Shown: one piece after another, positions 40,759 to 49,273 of the stretch
How positions within the stretch are numbered: the stretch's first letter is position 1
Layout of the letters: every line of letters begins with the position of its first letter
Assembly: GCA_016190175.1 (NCBI GenBank)
Contig: JACPRC010000202.1
Coordinates: 11,750-75,749 of the forward strand
DNA: 64,000 bases
Reading direction: 5' to 3'
Source: Planctomycetota bacterium
GTDB lineage: Bacteria; Planctomycetota; MHYJ01; JACPRB01
The notes under the pieces: generated by a model
Seen by the model: only the letters and a program-made list of their open reading frames with translations
Told to the model about the DNA's origin: nothing
Databases searched by the model: none
Made by a program: the position numbers and the translations under genes

Positions 40759-41390
40759 CCCCCCTGCGTCGCTTCTTCCTCGCCTTCGCGCTCTCGGCGG
40801 CCGCGCTCGGCGCGATCGTCGCCGTCGCGGGCCCTGCGGTCGACGCGGCGGTGTCGCGGGCGATGGCGTTCTCGGCCGCGGCGGTCCTCGGGGGCCGGGC
40901 GGAGGGCGCGGAGGTTAGGCTGGAGGACCGCGCCGTCACCGTCGGGGCCGGCTGCACCTCGACGCACTTCGCCGCGATCTTCCTGTGCGCGCTGGCGGCG
41001 TGGCCGGCGACCTGGAGGCGGCGGCTCGCGGCGGTCGGAGCGGCGTTCGCGGTCCTCTTTCTCATGGACGTCGTGCGCGTGACCGCGCTGGTGCGGCTCG
41101 CGGGCACGCCCGCCTTCGACGCGGCGCACGTCTTCTCGGGCGCGGGCTACGTGGGCGTGCTGCTTGTCGCGTGGCTGGGTTGGATGCGCTGGTCCGGCCC
41201 GCGCGTGCGCCTCCCCCGCCTTCCGCTCGCGGGCGCCGCGGCGCTGGCGTTCGTGTTTGCGGCGGGCGAGCTCGCGCTCGCGCAGGGACCGCCCCCCCCG
41301 CCGCCGCTCGAAGTTCCGCTCGGCGGCGCGGCCTTCGCGCTGGCGGGCGTCGTCGCGTCCGCGTGGGAGCTCTTGCGGAGGCGGGCATGA
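40755..41390 (+). CDS. Exosortase/archaeosortase-family protein with a CTERM-like C-terminal tail
   Basis: Multi-TM; GCTS (Cys), DVVRVTAL (Arg), FDAAH (His) triad; tail AQGPPPPPLEVPLGG-TM-RRRA. Confidence 0.75.
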   Translation: MTPLRRFFLAFALSAAALGAIVAVAGPAVDAAVSRAMAFSAAAVLGGRAEGAEVRLEDRAVTVGAGCTSTHFAAIFLCALAAWPATWRRRLAAVGAAFAVLFLMDVVRVTALVRLAGTPAFDAAHVFSGAGYVGVLLVAWLGWMRWSGPRVRLPRLPLAGAAALAFVFAAGELALAQGPPPPPPLEVPLGGAAFALAGVVASAWELLRRRA

Positions 41391-42100
41391 ACGGCGTGCT
41401 CATCGAACCTCCGGCGACGCGCGTGACGCAGGCGGCGCCTGTCTCGCTCTCCAGGTGCGCGCCCGTCGCCCTCCTCCTGCTCGCGACGGTGACGATCGCG
41501 CGACCCGTTCTCGATCCGATCCTCGTGCGCGTCGCCGCCGCGCTGAGCGGGAGCGGCGCCGCGATCGATCCCGCGCATCCGGACACGGTGATCACGCCGC
41601 TGCCCGGCGGGCGCGTCGCCTCGGAGCGGATGGGGTTCCGCTGGGCCGGCGGCTATTTCCTCATTCTGGTCGCCGCGGTGTGGGCGGCGGCCCGGCGACA
41701 TCCCGCCTTCTTCGCGTGTGCCGCGGCCGCGTTCGTGGCGCTCATGGCGGCGCAGATCGCGCTCATCTCGAGCGCCTCGCCGGCGGTGCGCCTCTTCGTG
41801 CGCGCGGCGGTGCCGTATCCCCACATCCTGGCCGGCGCGGCGGCGACGGTGTTCCTCGCACGGGTGCTGCGGCTGCCGTGGGTCGTCGTTCCGCTCTTCC
41901 TGATCGCGGTGCGGTTCCTGCCGGCGGAGGCGTCGGTGTGCCTGCTGCTCTTGGGCGCGGCGGCGGGCTGTCGACCTTCCGGCCTGGATGAGGCATCGAA
42001 GGGCGTCGCAGGAACCTCCGACACTTCAGCGGGCTGGAGCGATGCTCGATCGCGGTCCCGGATTCGCGATCCGCGGCCCTTACGCTCGCGCGACGCGTAG
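41387..42100 (+). CDS. Multi-pass membrane protein, possibly a degenerate exosortase-like accessory protein
   Basis: ATGA-coupled to the exosortase; several hydrophobic segments; no clear catalytic triad. Confidence 0.55.
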   Translation: MNGVLIEPPATRVTQAAPVSLSRCAPVALLLLATVTIARPVLDPILVRVAAALSGSGAAIDPAHPDTVITPLPGGRVASERMGFRWAGGYFLILVAAVWAAARRHPAFFACAAAAFVALMAAQIALISSASPAVRLFVRAAVPYPHILAGAAATVFLARVLRLPWVVVPLFLIAVRFLPAEASVCLLLLGAAAGCRPSGLDEASKGVAGTSDTSAGWSDARSRSRIRDPRPLRSRDA

Positions 42101-42382
42101 GGGACGACGTTCCGTGTTCTCCATGTCCCGCAGGACCCGGGCGACAAAGGCGACGTGCCCCTTGACGGTCCGCTCAATGAGCGAGAGGTTTTCCCGGAAG
42201 GTCGCGGGTCCGCGCCGCAGGTTCGCGTGGAGTCTGCGGGAGAGCCGCTCTCTCTCCTTGTCCCGCCGCCGACAGAGTCGCTGGAAGGACTTGCTGCAAT
42301 AGCGGCGAACTTCCGCGTCGACTTCGGCTTCGCGCATGGCCTGGATGTCGCGTATTCGGCGGAGCGTCGCATTCGCGGTCAT
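42080..42382 (-). CDS. Small hypothetical protein
   Basis: ATG immediately after the stop of 42384..42860; helical, basic. Confidence 0.45.
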   Translation of the reverse strand: MTANATLRRIRDIQAMREAEVDAEVRRYCSKSFQRLCRRRDKERERLSRRLHANLRRGPATFRENLSLIERTVKGHVAFVARVLRDMENTERRPLRVARA

Positions 42383-42383
42383 G

Positions 42384-42860
42384 TCACGCCTCGGGAGCGG
42401 CGGGGCACCGCTCCTCGAGCCGGCGGAGACGCTCGCCATGAAGGTCGAGGTTCCTGCCAATCTTCTCGGAAGTGCTCGCCAGGTGATCGAGCGTCTCCGT
42501 GACGCGGCTGATGTCGTCCTTGGTTGCCATCGTCTCGCGCATCCGTGCCGTCTCCTGCTGGAGATCCACGATCGCCCGCGCGTGGGGCTTCAGGGCCTCC
42601 AGGAGGTTCGCCTTGGTGGGGTAGTTTGCGAGCGCGGCCTGGAGGTCCTCCTTGGTGGGGTAGTTTGCGAGCGCGGCCTTGAGATCCTCCCTTAGATCCT
42701 TTCTCAGATCCTTTCTCAGATCCTTCCTGAGATTCTTCCTCAGATCCTTGCTGAAGTCCCCCAGGAGTTCCTTGATCTCCTTCCGGAGACCCTCCCGGAG
42801 TTCCGCCATCTCGCTTCCGAGTTCGGCGCGGGTGACAGGGCGGCCGTTGTTCTTCTCCAC
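42384..42860 (-). CDS. Coiled-coil repeat protein (KDLR repeats; duplicated ANYPTKxxL)
   Basis: 12-bp tandem repeats and a 36-bp duplication in the coding sequence; -10-like box 8 nt before GTG. Confidence 0.65.
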   Translation of the reverse strand: MEKNNGRPVTRAELGSEMAELREGLRKEIKELLGDFSKDLRKNLRKDLRKDLRKDLREDLKAALANYPTKEDLQAALANYPTKANLLEALKPHARAIVDLQQETARMRETMATKDDISRVTETLDHLASTSEKIGRNLDLHGERLRRLEERCPAAPEA

Positions 42861-42935
42861 GGCGCGGCATCGTAGGCTCGCGCGGATGCGGCGTCAAGTT
42901 CGAATATGCGTTCAGGCATAGTTGGGCCCCCTGGA

Positions 42936-43041
42936 AACGCAGAGGACGCCGAGACCGCGGAGAACGGGGCCCCCGCGGGCCCCTGAGCCCCCCCCTCTCG
43001 TCCTTGGCGGCTCTCTCGGCGGGCTTCGCGGCCTCTGCGTT
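42936..43041. repeat. Inverted nonamer-array element (CGCAGAGGA-like)
   Basis: Terminal inverted repeats aacgcagagg...cctctgcgtt; internal cgcagagga/cgccgagac/cgcggagaa. Confidence 0.7.
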
Positions 43042-43177
43042 GAATTTCTCCCGGCGGACACCTCAACGCTTACAAGTTCGATTTCGCGTCCCGCTGCGTT
43101 CCGTCGGGGTTATACTTCATGCATCGCGAGAAACAGGGGTGGGGAGCGCCGCGCCCGCACGAATCGGAGGGAAGACC

Positions 43178-46099
43178 ATGTCCAACTACGCTCGCTGCCT
43201 GATCGCCGTCGCGGTCCTGTGCGTCGCGCCGCCCGCGGGAGCCGCGCAGGAGGGCAGCGACGACGTCTTCGTGAGGACGAAGAACTCGGCCGCCGCGGAC
43301 ACGGCGCGGCTGCGCGTGACGCGTTCGACCGCGGCGCCGGACATCGGGGGCGTGTACGTCGACAACGCGCGTCTGCGGCTGGGGTCGGCGGGGTATCTCA
43401 ACATCGCCTCATCGGCGGCCGCGACGCCGGTGGCGGGGGACGTGATGTACAACGCCGGCACGCTCCAGTACTACGACGGCGCGTGGAAGACGGTGGCGGT
43501 GGCGAGCCCGTCGGGGGCGTACGCCTGGTTCGCGCCGTCGAGCGCGCAGACGGACTCGAGCGCGAACGCGAGCATTTTCATCAACGACACCGCGGGGGGA
43601 AACCTGCTGCAACTTCAGTCCGGAGGAACCAACCGCCTCGTCGTTGGGAATGCAGGGGACGCCTCGGTCACCTACACGGCGAACCCCGCGATCGCGTCGA
43701 CCAACACGGGCCTCGCGGTTGCGATGATCGACGTCACCTCGACGCTGGCGAACACGAACCGCGGAATCTCGGGAACCGCGACCGACACGACGGTGGTGAC
43801 GACCGCGATCACCAAGACGACGCAGGGAGGCTATTTTTCGGCGAGCAAAACGGGCGCGTCGACGGCGGGGGCCTTCAACACATACGGCGTCTATGCAAGC
43901 GCGACGGGGGACGCGAACGGCGTCTCGACCGCGTACGGGATCTACGCGACGGCGAGCGGGGCGGATACGAACTGGGCGGGGTACTTCAGCGGGGCCGTCC
44001 GCGTCACCGGTCGCCTGCAGTACGGCAGCAGCGAGTATCTCGAAGATGGAGGGGCCAACACAACGACATTCGGCTTGACGAGCATCGTTCCATCGGCGGA
44101 TGCCTCGTACAGTCTCGGAGGGACGGCCAGTCGCTGGGCAAACCTGTATTTGAGCGGCGACGTCCTGACCAGCACGGGTTCCATCCGATATGTGCAGAAC
44201 CAAACCGCGGCCCTGCAAGCGGCGAGTTTCCGTGTCAGCGGAAGCGCGGAGGTCGACGGAACCGCGACGCCGCAGTTTCGTGCCGCGACGTCCAGCTCGA
44301 CGGCAGGGGCAACCGCGTTCCTAGGCTATGCGTCAAGTAGCACGGCCGGGACCGGATACGGATTGAACCAGTCCATCGCCGCCGTGAAGGGGGATCTCTG
44401 GTGGGGTGTCGCATATCACTTCGCCGTGGCCGGCTATCGGTATGACGATTCGGGCGGCCCGTCGGCCGGCGTCTTCGGCGCGGCGAGCAGAACCGACAAC
44501 CCGACCACTTGGGGAGCCCTCGGTTATCAGGACGGCGCCTCCGCCCAGTACGGCGTCTACGCGAGTTCGACCGCCAACAGCGACACGGCCTACGGATACC
44601 GCGGATACGCGAGCAGCAGCAGCGCCAAGCCGGCCTACGGACTCTGGTCGTCGGGCACAAACAGCAGCACCGGATTGGCCTACGGGACCTACTCCACCGC
44701 GGGCGCAAGCACCGGAGGCGCCTACGGAACGCTATCCACCGCAAGCGGGCCATGGGCCTATGGAACGTACTCCAGTGCAAGCACGTCTACCAGCACCGCC
44801 TTCGGAGCATACGGGTATGCCTACAGCGCGAGCGCGGGCGCGTATGGACTCTACGGCTACGGCTATTCCGGCTCGGCGACTTCGTCGGCGTACGGCCTTC
44901 GAACCTACGCGTTCAACAGCAGCGCGGGCACCTCATACGGGCTGTACTCCTCCGCGACCACAAGCAATACCTACGAAGTCGCCGCAGGCACGGGCGGAGG
45001 CACCTGGGGCGACGCCGCGACATGCAGCGGAGACAGCTACAACACGGGCTTCGACGATGCGAAGAGTCAGAGCATCTATCTCGCCTCCGACCTCACCGCA
45101 ATCGGCATGAGCGCCGGCACCATCACTTCGATCCAGTTGCGCTGCCGTCAGACCCCGGGGACCACCCTTTCCAACATCCGCATACGCATGAAGTTGACTA
45201 CCGATGCTACCCTGTCCGCCTTGGACAACACCGGACTCACCCTTGTGTACGGGCCGTTTTCCGTCTCGCCTTCCGCCGGGTTCTGGTGGAGCTTCGGCAC
45301 GTCGTTCTATTGGGACGGCACATCCAATCTCCTGATCGAGATCACGAGGGACGGCGCCTCGAGCGCGGCCAACGGCGGCATGTATGTGCGTACGGGCCTC
45401 GCCGCCGGACGCACGTGGGCCGGGTACGAGAACGCCGGGACGTATTCGGATACCTGGGCGATCGCCAATCAAGCGGGCTATGCCTTTGTCCCGGAAATGA
45501 GGTTCACCATGAGCGGGGTCGGCACCGCCTACGCCGGTTACTTCTCGGGCGACGTCACCGTGACGGGGACCCTCTCCAAGGGCGGCGGCACCTTCCTCAT
45601 AGACCATCCGCTCGACCCGACGAACAGGATCCTGCGCCATTCGTTCGTCGAAAGCCCGGAGATGATGAACATCTACAAGGGCCGCGCGAGGCTCGGCGGC
45701 GGCCGCGCCGTCATCGAACTTCCCCCCTACTTCGATGCGCTGAATGCGCCGGACGGACGGGAGATCTCGTTGACGTGCGTCGGGGGATTCTCGCCGCTGT
45801 ACGTCGACGGTCCGGTCGTGAAGAACCGCTTCACGGTGAGAACCGCGGAAGGCGGGCGGCCCGACCAGGAGTTCTCCTGGATCGTCTACGCCGTGCGCCA
45901 CGACCCCTACGCGCGGGCGCATCCCATCAAGGTCGAGGAGGAGAAAGGACGCGCGAACGGCTTCACGCGCGGGACGTACCTGCACCCGGATGCGTACGGC
46001 GTCGCCGCAGACAAGGCGGACCCGTCCGTTCGGCCGCGGGAAGAGGACCCGAAGGAGGGGCCGCATCCCCCGAACGAGAAGCCGGGAGGGAAGCGGTAG
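43178..46099 (+). CDS. Large secreted fibre/adhesin-like protein with YG repeats and a tail-fibre-like C-terminal domain
   Basis: GGAGG RBS; signal peptide; repeated AYGxYxxA; C-terminal AGYFSGDV...GTLSKGGGTFLIDHPLDP...LRHSFVESPE. Confidence 0.75.
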   Translation: MSNYARCLIAVAVLCVAPPAGAAQEGSDDVFVRTKNSAAADTARLRVTRSTAAPDIGGVYVDNARLRLGSAGYLNIASSAAATPVAGDVMYNAGTLQYYDGAWKTVAVASPSGAYAWFAPSSAQTDSSANASIFINDTAGGNLLQLQSGGTNRLVVGNAGDASVTYTANPAIASTNTGLAVAMIDVTSTLANTNRGISGTATDTTVVTTAITKTTQGGYFSASKTGASTAGAFNTYGVYASATGDANGVSTAYGIYATASGADTNWAGYFSGAVRVTGRLQYGSSEYLEDGGANTTTFGLTSIVPSADASYSLGGTASRWANLYLSGDVLTSTGSIRYVQNQTAALQAASFRVSGSAEVDGTATPQFRAATSSSTAGATAFLGYASSSTAGTGYGLNQSIAAVKGDLWWGVAYHFAVAGYRYDDSGGPSAGVFGAASRTDNPTTWGALGYQDGASAQYGVYASSTANSDTAYGYRGYASSSSAKPAYGLWSSGTNSSTGLAYGTYSTAGASTGGAYGTLSTASGPWAYGTYSSASTSTSTAFGAYGYAYSASAGAYGLYGYGYSGSATSSAYGLRTYAFNSSAGTSYGLYSSATTSNTYEVAAGTGGGTWGDAATCSGDSYNTGFDDAKSQSIYLASDLTAIGMSAGTITSIQLRCRQTPGTTLSNIRIRMKLTTDATLSALDNTGLTLVYGPFSVSPSAGFWWSFGTSFYWDGTSNLLIEITRDGASSAANGGMYVRTGLAAGRTWAGYENAGTYSDTWAIANQAGYAFVPEMRFTMSGVGTAYAGYFSGDVTVTGTLSKGGGTFLIDHPLDPTNRILRHSFVESPEMMNIYKGRARLGGGRAVIELPPYFDALNAPDGREISLTCVGGFSPLYVDGPVVKNRFTVRTAEGGRPDQEFSWIVYAVRHDPYARAHPIKVEEEKGRANGFTRGTYLHPDAYGVAADKADPSVRPREEDPKEGPHPPNEKPGGKR

Positions 46100-46147
46100 C
46101 GGCGATCCCGCCGCGAGCTGCTCGTGGCTTCAGGACGGATTCCACCT

Positions 46148-46445
46148 CCTCATGGTAACGCCCGTGGGCCCCTGCGGCTGGCTTCGAGGTCGCGGAGACG
46201 AACGGCCGCACCGACGTGGAGTTCTCCTACATCGCGGTCGGGCGCCGCGTGGACGCCGGCGGCCGCCCGGCGCTCCCCGAGGCCATCGCCGCTCGGGACT
46301 TCGACGACAACCTGAAGGGCGTGACGTTCAACGAGAACAACCTCGAGCAGAGCGCGACGCCGATCTGGTGGGACGGGACGAAGCTGCGGTTCGACCAGGC
46401 GCCCGAACCGGCGTCGAGGGAGAAGAAGCAGGAACCTGAGCGTCC
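46148..46445 (+). pseudogene. Orphan, frameshifted C-terminal domain related to that of the preceding gene
   Basis: LMVTPVGPCGWL (one frame) then GFEVAETNGRTDVEFSYIAVGRR...IWWDG (another frame); parallels ISLTCVGG...FTV...EFSWIVYAVR. Confidence 0.5.
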
Positions 46446-46545
46446 GCAACCCGGCCTCCGCACACGGCGCGCGCCGCCGGCGCGGAGCGGAACCGGGCTC
46501 TCTTTGATCTTCTCTCCCCCGCTTTCCACACGATATACTGAATCC

Positions 46546-46968
46546 ATGTTCGCACGCCCTCCCGCAAGGCCGTCTCTCGAGGCCGTGCGCAGCGCGGTCG
46601 AGTCCCGCGCCCCGCGCTACGGCCTGCGGCTCGCCGTCCTCTTCGGCTCCGCGGCTTCCGGCTCGGCCACGGAGCGGTCGGACCTGGATCTCGCCGTGCT
46701 TGCGGACGGCCCCATCGACTCGGACGGCCTCTACGGCGAACTCGCGGACGGTCTTGCGTACGATGCCGTCGACGTCGTGGACCTCTTCACCGCCTCGCCG
46801 CTGCTGGCCTTCAACGCGCTCCGCCGGTGCCGAGTCCTCTTCGAGGACCGTCCGGGTCGCTATCGCTCCTGCGCGTGCCTCGCCGCGCGGATGGCGGCCG
46901 ACACGGCGTGGCTCGACAAGTTCAAGGACGCCTACATCGGCCGCGTCCTGGAGAGGCTCCGCCCATGA
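46546..46968 (+). CDS. Minimal nucleotidyltransferase (MntA-like antitoxin)
   Basis: LFGSAASGSATERSDLDLAV (GSx10DxD) and VDVVDL. Confidence 0.88.
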   Translation: MFARPPARPSLEAVRSAVESRAPRYGLRLAVLFGSAASGSATERSDLDLAVLADGPIDSDGLYGELADGLAYDAVDVVDLFTASPLLAFNALRRCRVLFEDRPGRYRSCACLAARMAADTAWLDKFKDAYIGRVLERLRP

Positions 46969-47399
46969 GTCCGGTCGACCCGCGCACGATCCGCGACAAG
47001 CTCGCCCGGATGGCGAAGGAGCTGGACTTTCTGGCGGAGTACCGCGCCATCACGATCGAGGCGTACGTCGCGGACGGGAGGGCGCGCCGGGCGGCCGAGC
47101 GCGCGCTGGAGGTCATCATCGAAGCCGCGGTGGACATCAACCAGCACGTCGTCGTCGAGAGGGGTCTTCCGCCGCCGGGCGACTACCGTTCCAGCTTCGC
47201 CGAGGCGGCCCGGGCGGGGCTCATGGATCCGTCCCTGGCCGCCGCCCTGGCGCCCTCCGTCGGGCTCCGCCATCGGCTCGTCCACGAATACGCCGCGGTG
47301 GACGATCGCAAGGTCTTCGATGCGATCCACGAGGCGCTGCGGCTGTACGCGCAGTACGTCGCGCAAGTGCGGGAGTTCCTCGGGCAGGCCGGCGCGTAG
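46965..47399 (+). CDS. HEPN/DUF86 ribonuclease toxin (HepT-like)
   Basis: AAERALEVIIE...D; GLRHRLVHEY (Rx4HxY); ATGA overlap with the MNT gene. Confidence 0.9.
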   Translation: MSPVDPRTIRDKLARMAKELDFLAEYRAITIEAYVADGRARRAAERALEVIIEAAVDINQHVVVERGLPPPGDYRSSFAEAARAGLMDPSLAAALAPSVGLRHRLVHEYAAVDDRKVFDAIHEALRLYAQYVAQVREFLGQAGA

Positions 47400-47611
47400 T
47401 TCCAAGGGGCGGCCTCGCCGGCTCGTCGCGGCCATGCCCGGAAACAGATCTCGGGTGCGATGATGACATTCACCGACCCCAGGGCGATGCGTCGTGTCAA
47501 GTGGTCGGAAGAGAAGCCGCAACGGCGAGCGAGTCGTCGTAGGGGGCGAAGGACAGCCGCCGATCTCCCGTCTTCATGAAGAGCGCCGACGCGTGGACGC
47601 AGGTGGACGCG

Positions 47612-48205
47612 TCACCGAGTTCCCCACTTCGCGAGAAGCTCCTCGATGCGCGCGGCCGTTCCCTGGATGCCCTGATCCTCCCAAAACCCGGCCCATTGCT
47701 TGAGGTAGGCGGCATCGAGGGTCGGGCCCATCCGGCGGAAGACCGCCTCAACGTCAAGCACGTCCTGGAGTCGTTGCGGGTTCGTCAGGGCGGAGATCGT
47801 CTTGTAGACGACGAGGTCTTCAGGCGATGCGATCTTCACCCGCCGTCCGAACAGCTCTACGTCGCGCCGGCGCTCGAAGGCGCTCCGATCGAAAGGCGAG
47901 TCGCCGAGCGTGACGTCGATGTGCCACGGCGAGTCTCTCGATTGCAGGGGGATGCGCGACCACCCGACAACCTGGATCTGCTGGATACAGAGGTCTTCTT
48001 CAACGCGGAATCCGTTCCGAGCGGCCGCGCGCAGAAAGCGGGGGAACTCCCGCTCATGGATGAAAAGGACGACGTCGACGTCCTCCGTGAAGCGGGGCTC
48101 TCCCCACACTCCGGCCGCGATCCCGCCGTAGAGCATGTAGTCCGAGCCCGCGTCGATGAGGGAGTCGATGGCCGCTCTGAAAAGGGCCTCGAGGCTATAG
48201 GACAT
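47612..48205 (-). CDS. Nucleotidyltransferase-fold protein (AbiEii/DUF6036-like)
   Basis: YMLYGGIAAGVWGEPRFTEDVD, SPEDLVVYK, R.QD..DV. Confidence 0.8.
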   Translation of the reverse strand: MSYSLEALFRAAIDSLIDAGSDYMLYGGIAAGVWGEPRFTEDVDVVLFIHEREFPRFLRAAARNGFRVEEDLCIQQIQVVGWSRIPLQSRDSPWHIDVTLGDSPFDRSAFERRRDVELFGRRVKIASPEDLVVYKTISALTNPQRLQDVLDVEAVFRRMGPTLDAAYLKQWAGFWEDQGIQGTAARIEELLAKWGTR

Positions 48206-48415
48206 CTATCTCCCCGGCTTGGTGAGGCGTCCAAGGGAGACCTTGCGGGACGTGCCGGGCCCATCGCGCGGCGGGCGCGGGGGATAGGGCATGCTCCCGA
48301 GGATGCCCTCGACGAGCTCGACCGCCTGGCGGTGGGTGAGGGAGCGGAGTGCCCTGAGGCGCGCGGCCTCGTTCGCCTCGCCGAGCCGGATCAGCTTGTC
48401 TTTCCAGAGGCCCAC
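48206..48415 (-). CDS. Small partner (antitoxin-like) of the downstream nucleotidyltransferase
   Basis: Stop abuts the NTase start; extended -10 TGCTATGAT 6 nt before GTG. Confidence 0.6.
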   Translation of the reverse strand: MGLWKDKLIRLGEANEAARLRALRSLTHRQAVELVEGILGSMPYPPRPPRDGPGTSRKVSLGRLTKPGR

Positions 48416-48551
48416 GTCCGGATCATAGCACGCCACCGCAGAGGGGGCAACACGCGGCTGCGCGCTGCGGGCGGGTCATCCTGGATCCGCGGGCACTCCG
48501 GTCGAAGGCGGTCGGGCTGCGCGGTCCGCGGTCGTAGCGCGGCGCCCCCCG

Positions 48552-49151
48552 TCAGATCTCGACGCGGGTGGACGCGTCCTCGCGGTCTTCGACGATGAGG
48601 CGCGGTTTCTCGCCGGCCACGAGCCGGAAAGGGACGGCGAGGATCTCGGAGACGACCCACCCGTCCCGGTCCGCCGCGATCGCGAGGTACTGCGATCCCG
48701 CGAGGCGATAGACCTCGGGTTTCTTGGTGTCGCGATCGACGACGACGACCTCGCGGACGCCGAGAGCGGCGAAGAAAGGGAACTTCTCGTAGGTCTCGTC
48801 TTCGGGCGAGCGGATCTCGATCACCGCGTCCGGTCCGCCTCCGCGGATGCCGTCGGGGGCCATGATCCTCTCGCGCCCGGCCGCGACGAACGTGAGGTCG
48901 GGAATGCGATAGTCGGGCTCGAACGCGGCTTCGTTGAAGACGTTGATGCCCAATCGCAACGTGCCTCTCTTCTTGCCTCTCAGCAGCGCAAGGAGGAACG
49001 CGAACAGTTCGCCCGTCATTCTCTGATGCTCGTCCGCCGGCGCCGGACTCATGTGCAGCACCCCCTCCCACATCTCGTCCCAGCGATCGTGTCCGAGGCG
49101 CTTCCGTCGGGCGATCTCCTGTGGGCTGACTTCCCGCAGCACGGCTTTCAT
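48552..49151 (-). CDS. Uma2/DUF820 restriction-endonuclease-like protein
   Basis: EMWEGVLHMSPAP..EHQ, YRIPDL, PDAVIEIRSP, K..FFAALGVRE. Confidence 0.9.
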   Translation of the reverse strand: MKAVLREVSPQEIARRKRLGHDRWDEMWEGVLHMSPAPADEHQRMTGELFAFLLALLRGKKRGTLRLGINVFNEAAFEPDYRIPDLTFVAAGRERIMAPDGIRGGGPDAVIEIRSPEDETYEKFPFFAALGVREVVVVDRDTKKPEVYRLAGSQYLAIAADRDGWVVSEILAVPFRLVAGEKPRLIVEDREDASTRVEI

Positions 49152-49273
49152 TGGTGCATTGTACCGCCCCGGTGAGGGCGGCGCAAGAAAGGGCCCGGCG
49201 CTCGCCGGAATTTCCTCTCCTGCCGCCCGCACCGCGGTATAATGTATGGGTCAGCCGTCGACGGATCGATACG

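Noticed and set aside
43178..46099. Prophage tail-fibre gene
   Set aside because: It has a Sec-type signal peptide and no phage genes nearby.
46216..46968. Single 250-aa fusion of the orphan domain with MNT
   Set aside because: MNT has its own -10 box and ATG at 46546; the intervening codons look non-coding, so the in-frame join is probably fortuitous.
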